Shown here piece after piece: positions 62,243 to 64,000 of a DNA stretch of 64,000 nt. This stretch comes from Cirrosporium novae-zelandiae (lineage: Eukaryota). The notes under the pieces are model-generated. The model saw nothing but the letters and a program-made list of their open reading frames with translations. It had not been told where the DNA came from and ran no database searches. The translations under genes and the position numbers were made by a program. Position 1 is the stretch's first letter; every line of letters starts with the position of its first letter. Where the stretch lies: contig JAPETS010000001.1 of assembly GCA_026023565.1 (NCBI GenBank), forward strand, positions 310,001 to 374,000, read 5' to 3'.

Positions 62243-63075
62243 TCAGTACAGGAATAGCTTGTCCTTTGCATCTTGAACCACCCATCCTAGACCTTCTTTC
62301 AGGTTAAACCCAGTAACTGCACTACTACTGAAGATGGCCCATTTATGTGTTCGGATATTGTCAAGTTTCAACCCCTGCATTCCCTGTCAGTACCCGTAAC
62401 TTAGACGTAATGAGAATGATGTAAACACTGGTAATTAGTAAAAAAACCCACTTCTTGAATATCCTCCTCGTTCATGCATCCTTGAACATCAGTCTTATTC
62501 AGGAATATAAGCAAACTTGCTCCCATAAGTCTCTATCCATTTGTTAGTAATTACGTTATCATCATATCAGGACCAGGTCCTACCTCTTCCAACAGCAATC
62601 CCGCCAGTTCCTCCCTGCAATCATCGATACGTAGTCGGTCCGTAGCATCCACTACCCATATCAACGCATCCGTCTTTTCAAAGTAATTCCTCCAGTATGA
62701 TCGCAATGTCTTTTGACCGCCAACATCCCCTAAGGTACCACAATTATAAGATTGCCCAGATCAAATAAAAAGATGCCATGGTCTCACAGATGTTCAATTT
62801 GTAGCTGATTATTCAAAGGTCAGAGCAGGTGAGAAAAGAATGTTGGAAATCCTTACCCTTCAAAATCAACCGTCTTGATGATAAAGCCCAGAGTCGGACT
62901 AACAGTATTGATGTCTTCATTCATGATTTTCTTCACAATAGTCGTCTTACCAGCATTATCAAGACCTCTGTGTTTCGTCAAGATGGGTTTGACAAGAAAC
63001 TAATGGAGGTGCTTACAACATCAGAATCCTCATTTCCTTATCCTTGAGTCTTGCTTTCCTTAATATCGATAACAT
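62243..63075 (-). CDS. ARL2: ADP-ribosylation factor-like GTPase Arl2/Cin4/Alp41, multi-exon
   Basis: Motifs [68 protein letters not shown] and [13 protein letters not shown]. Includes a 17-nt micro-exon at about 62788-62804. Confidence 0.95.
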
Positions 63076-64000
63076 GATTCTAGATATACAATTACAAGGC
63101 ACACTTGGTAATTTTTTTGATCAGCCTTGGTGGTTGTTAAAACATGTACAGGAGATGATTGGCTATGAAACATACAGGAAACCTACAGTACGGGATATAT
63201 ATTCATCTTTCCTCCGATCCATACATATCACATGACCAAGATGACCCTGAAATCGACCCGCCAGCTTTCTTATAAGAATTAACCATCATTTGATATTTTG
63301 GAAGTAACAGGCCTTCTAGGTTGTATCGATAATGCTCTAAACAGTATTCTTGAGTGTAACTGAAGATGACCATTGATATTGGTTCTGTAGCTGTGGGCGA
63401 TAGGGATGTCTGCATCCTTTTATTCTCCATAGTTCTCTTCGATATCGTTCCTCATATGTCCATGGTGCCGATGGTATGAACTTGATCTATTGTCATAACC
63501 TGAAGTTCCTTATGGTATGTTAATTTATCTCCATTTTTACTTCTGCTATACCACTCTATTCCGCATTTGATAGAATGCAGTCACGTTGCGAGGTCCAACC
63601 TTTGCAGCCCCATTCCTTATATATTTCTATTTCTTATGACTCGATCCATTTCGAAGCAGTTGGAGGTTTCCTATTAAAGACAACAAAAGCTAAGGCCATG
63701 TAAGGAAATGGACAAAAGTTTCGGAAAGTCAGAAGTTGACATAAACTGCCTATCGGCGTCAGTATATATGTTAAAACTCAATATTATTACGCCGGTGCAA
63801 CCCGACTATGACAATAGCACCGAGTGTGAACCTAGAGATTTCAGTTAATAGCCACAAACCCCTCCTACGATTCTTCTTAAACGAGTGAATGGGGACCTCA
63901 GCTTGGACCTCCACATGACTCCCATAAGAGAGCCATCCACAATAAAACTTCTTTTCCTTCTTCTTCTTCTTCTTCCCCCCGCTTCCATCAGACATCAATC

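Noticed and set aside
63771..63998. Minus-strand 75-aa ORF at the window edge
   Set aside because: No recognisable motif and partly a (CTT) repeat; it cannot be assessed without the flanking sequence.

Overview
This is a 64-kb window from an intron-containing filamentous ascomycete (Pezizomycotina-type) nuclear genome. The right part (about 25-64 kb) is mostly conserved housekeeping sequence: a GST, tRNA-Arg(TCG), an LCAT-like hydrolase, a DUF2235 lipase, peroxisomal acyl-CoA thioesterase (ending SKL), LEU4, sideroflexin, a PEP2/SnoaL-like protein, SEC63, an MFS transporter, a DUF336 protein, ALO1, a DUF4045/gelsolin protein and ARL2. The left part (1-25 kb) looks accessory. It has a TIGR04076-type gene, a sterol glucosyltransferase + RTA1 + Upc2-like Zn2Cys6 neighbourhood, and a second Zn2Cys6 factor beside a secreted beta-lactamase-family hydrolase. 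It also has a decayed head-to-head gene pair: a protein kinase with an ankyrin-like tail facing a HeLo-like + MLKL-type pseudokinase (a candidate fungal RIPK/MLKL-like cell-death module). A 256-bp MITE with perfect 34-bp TIRs and a 5-bp TSD lies just downstream of that pair. Gene models, splice sites and family calls were made by eye from motifs; no database searches were run.
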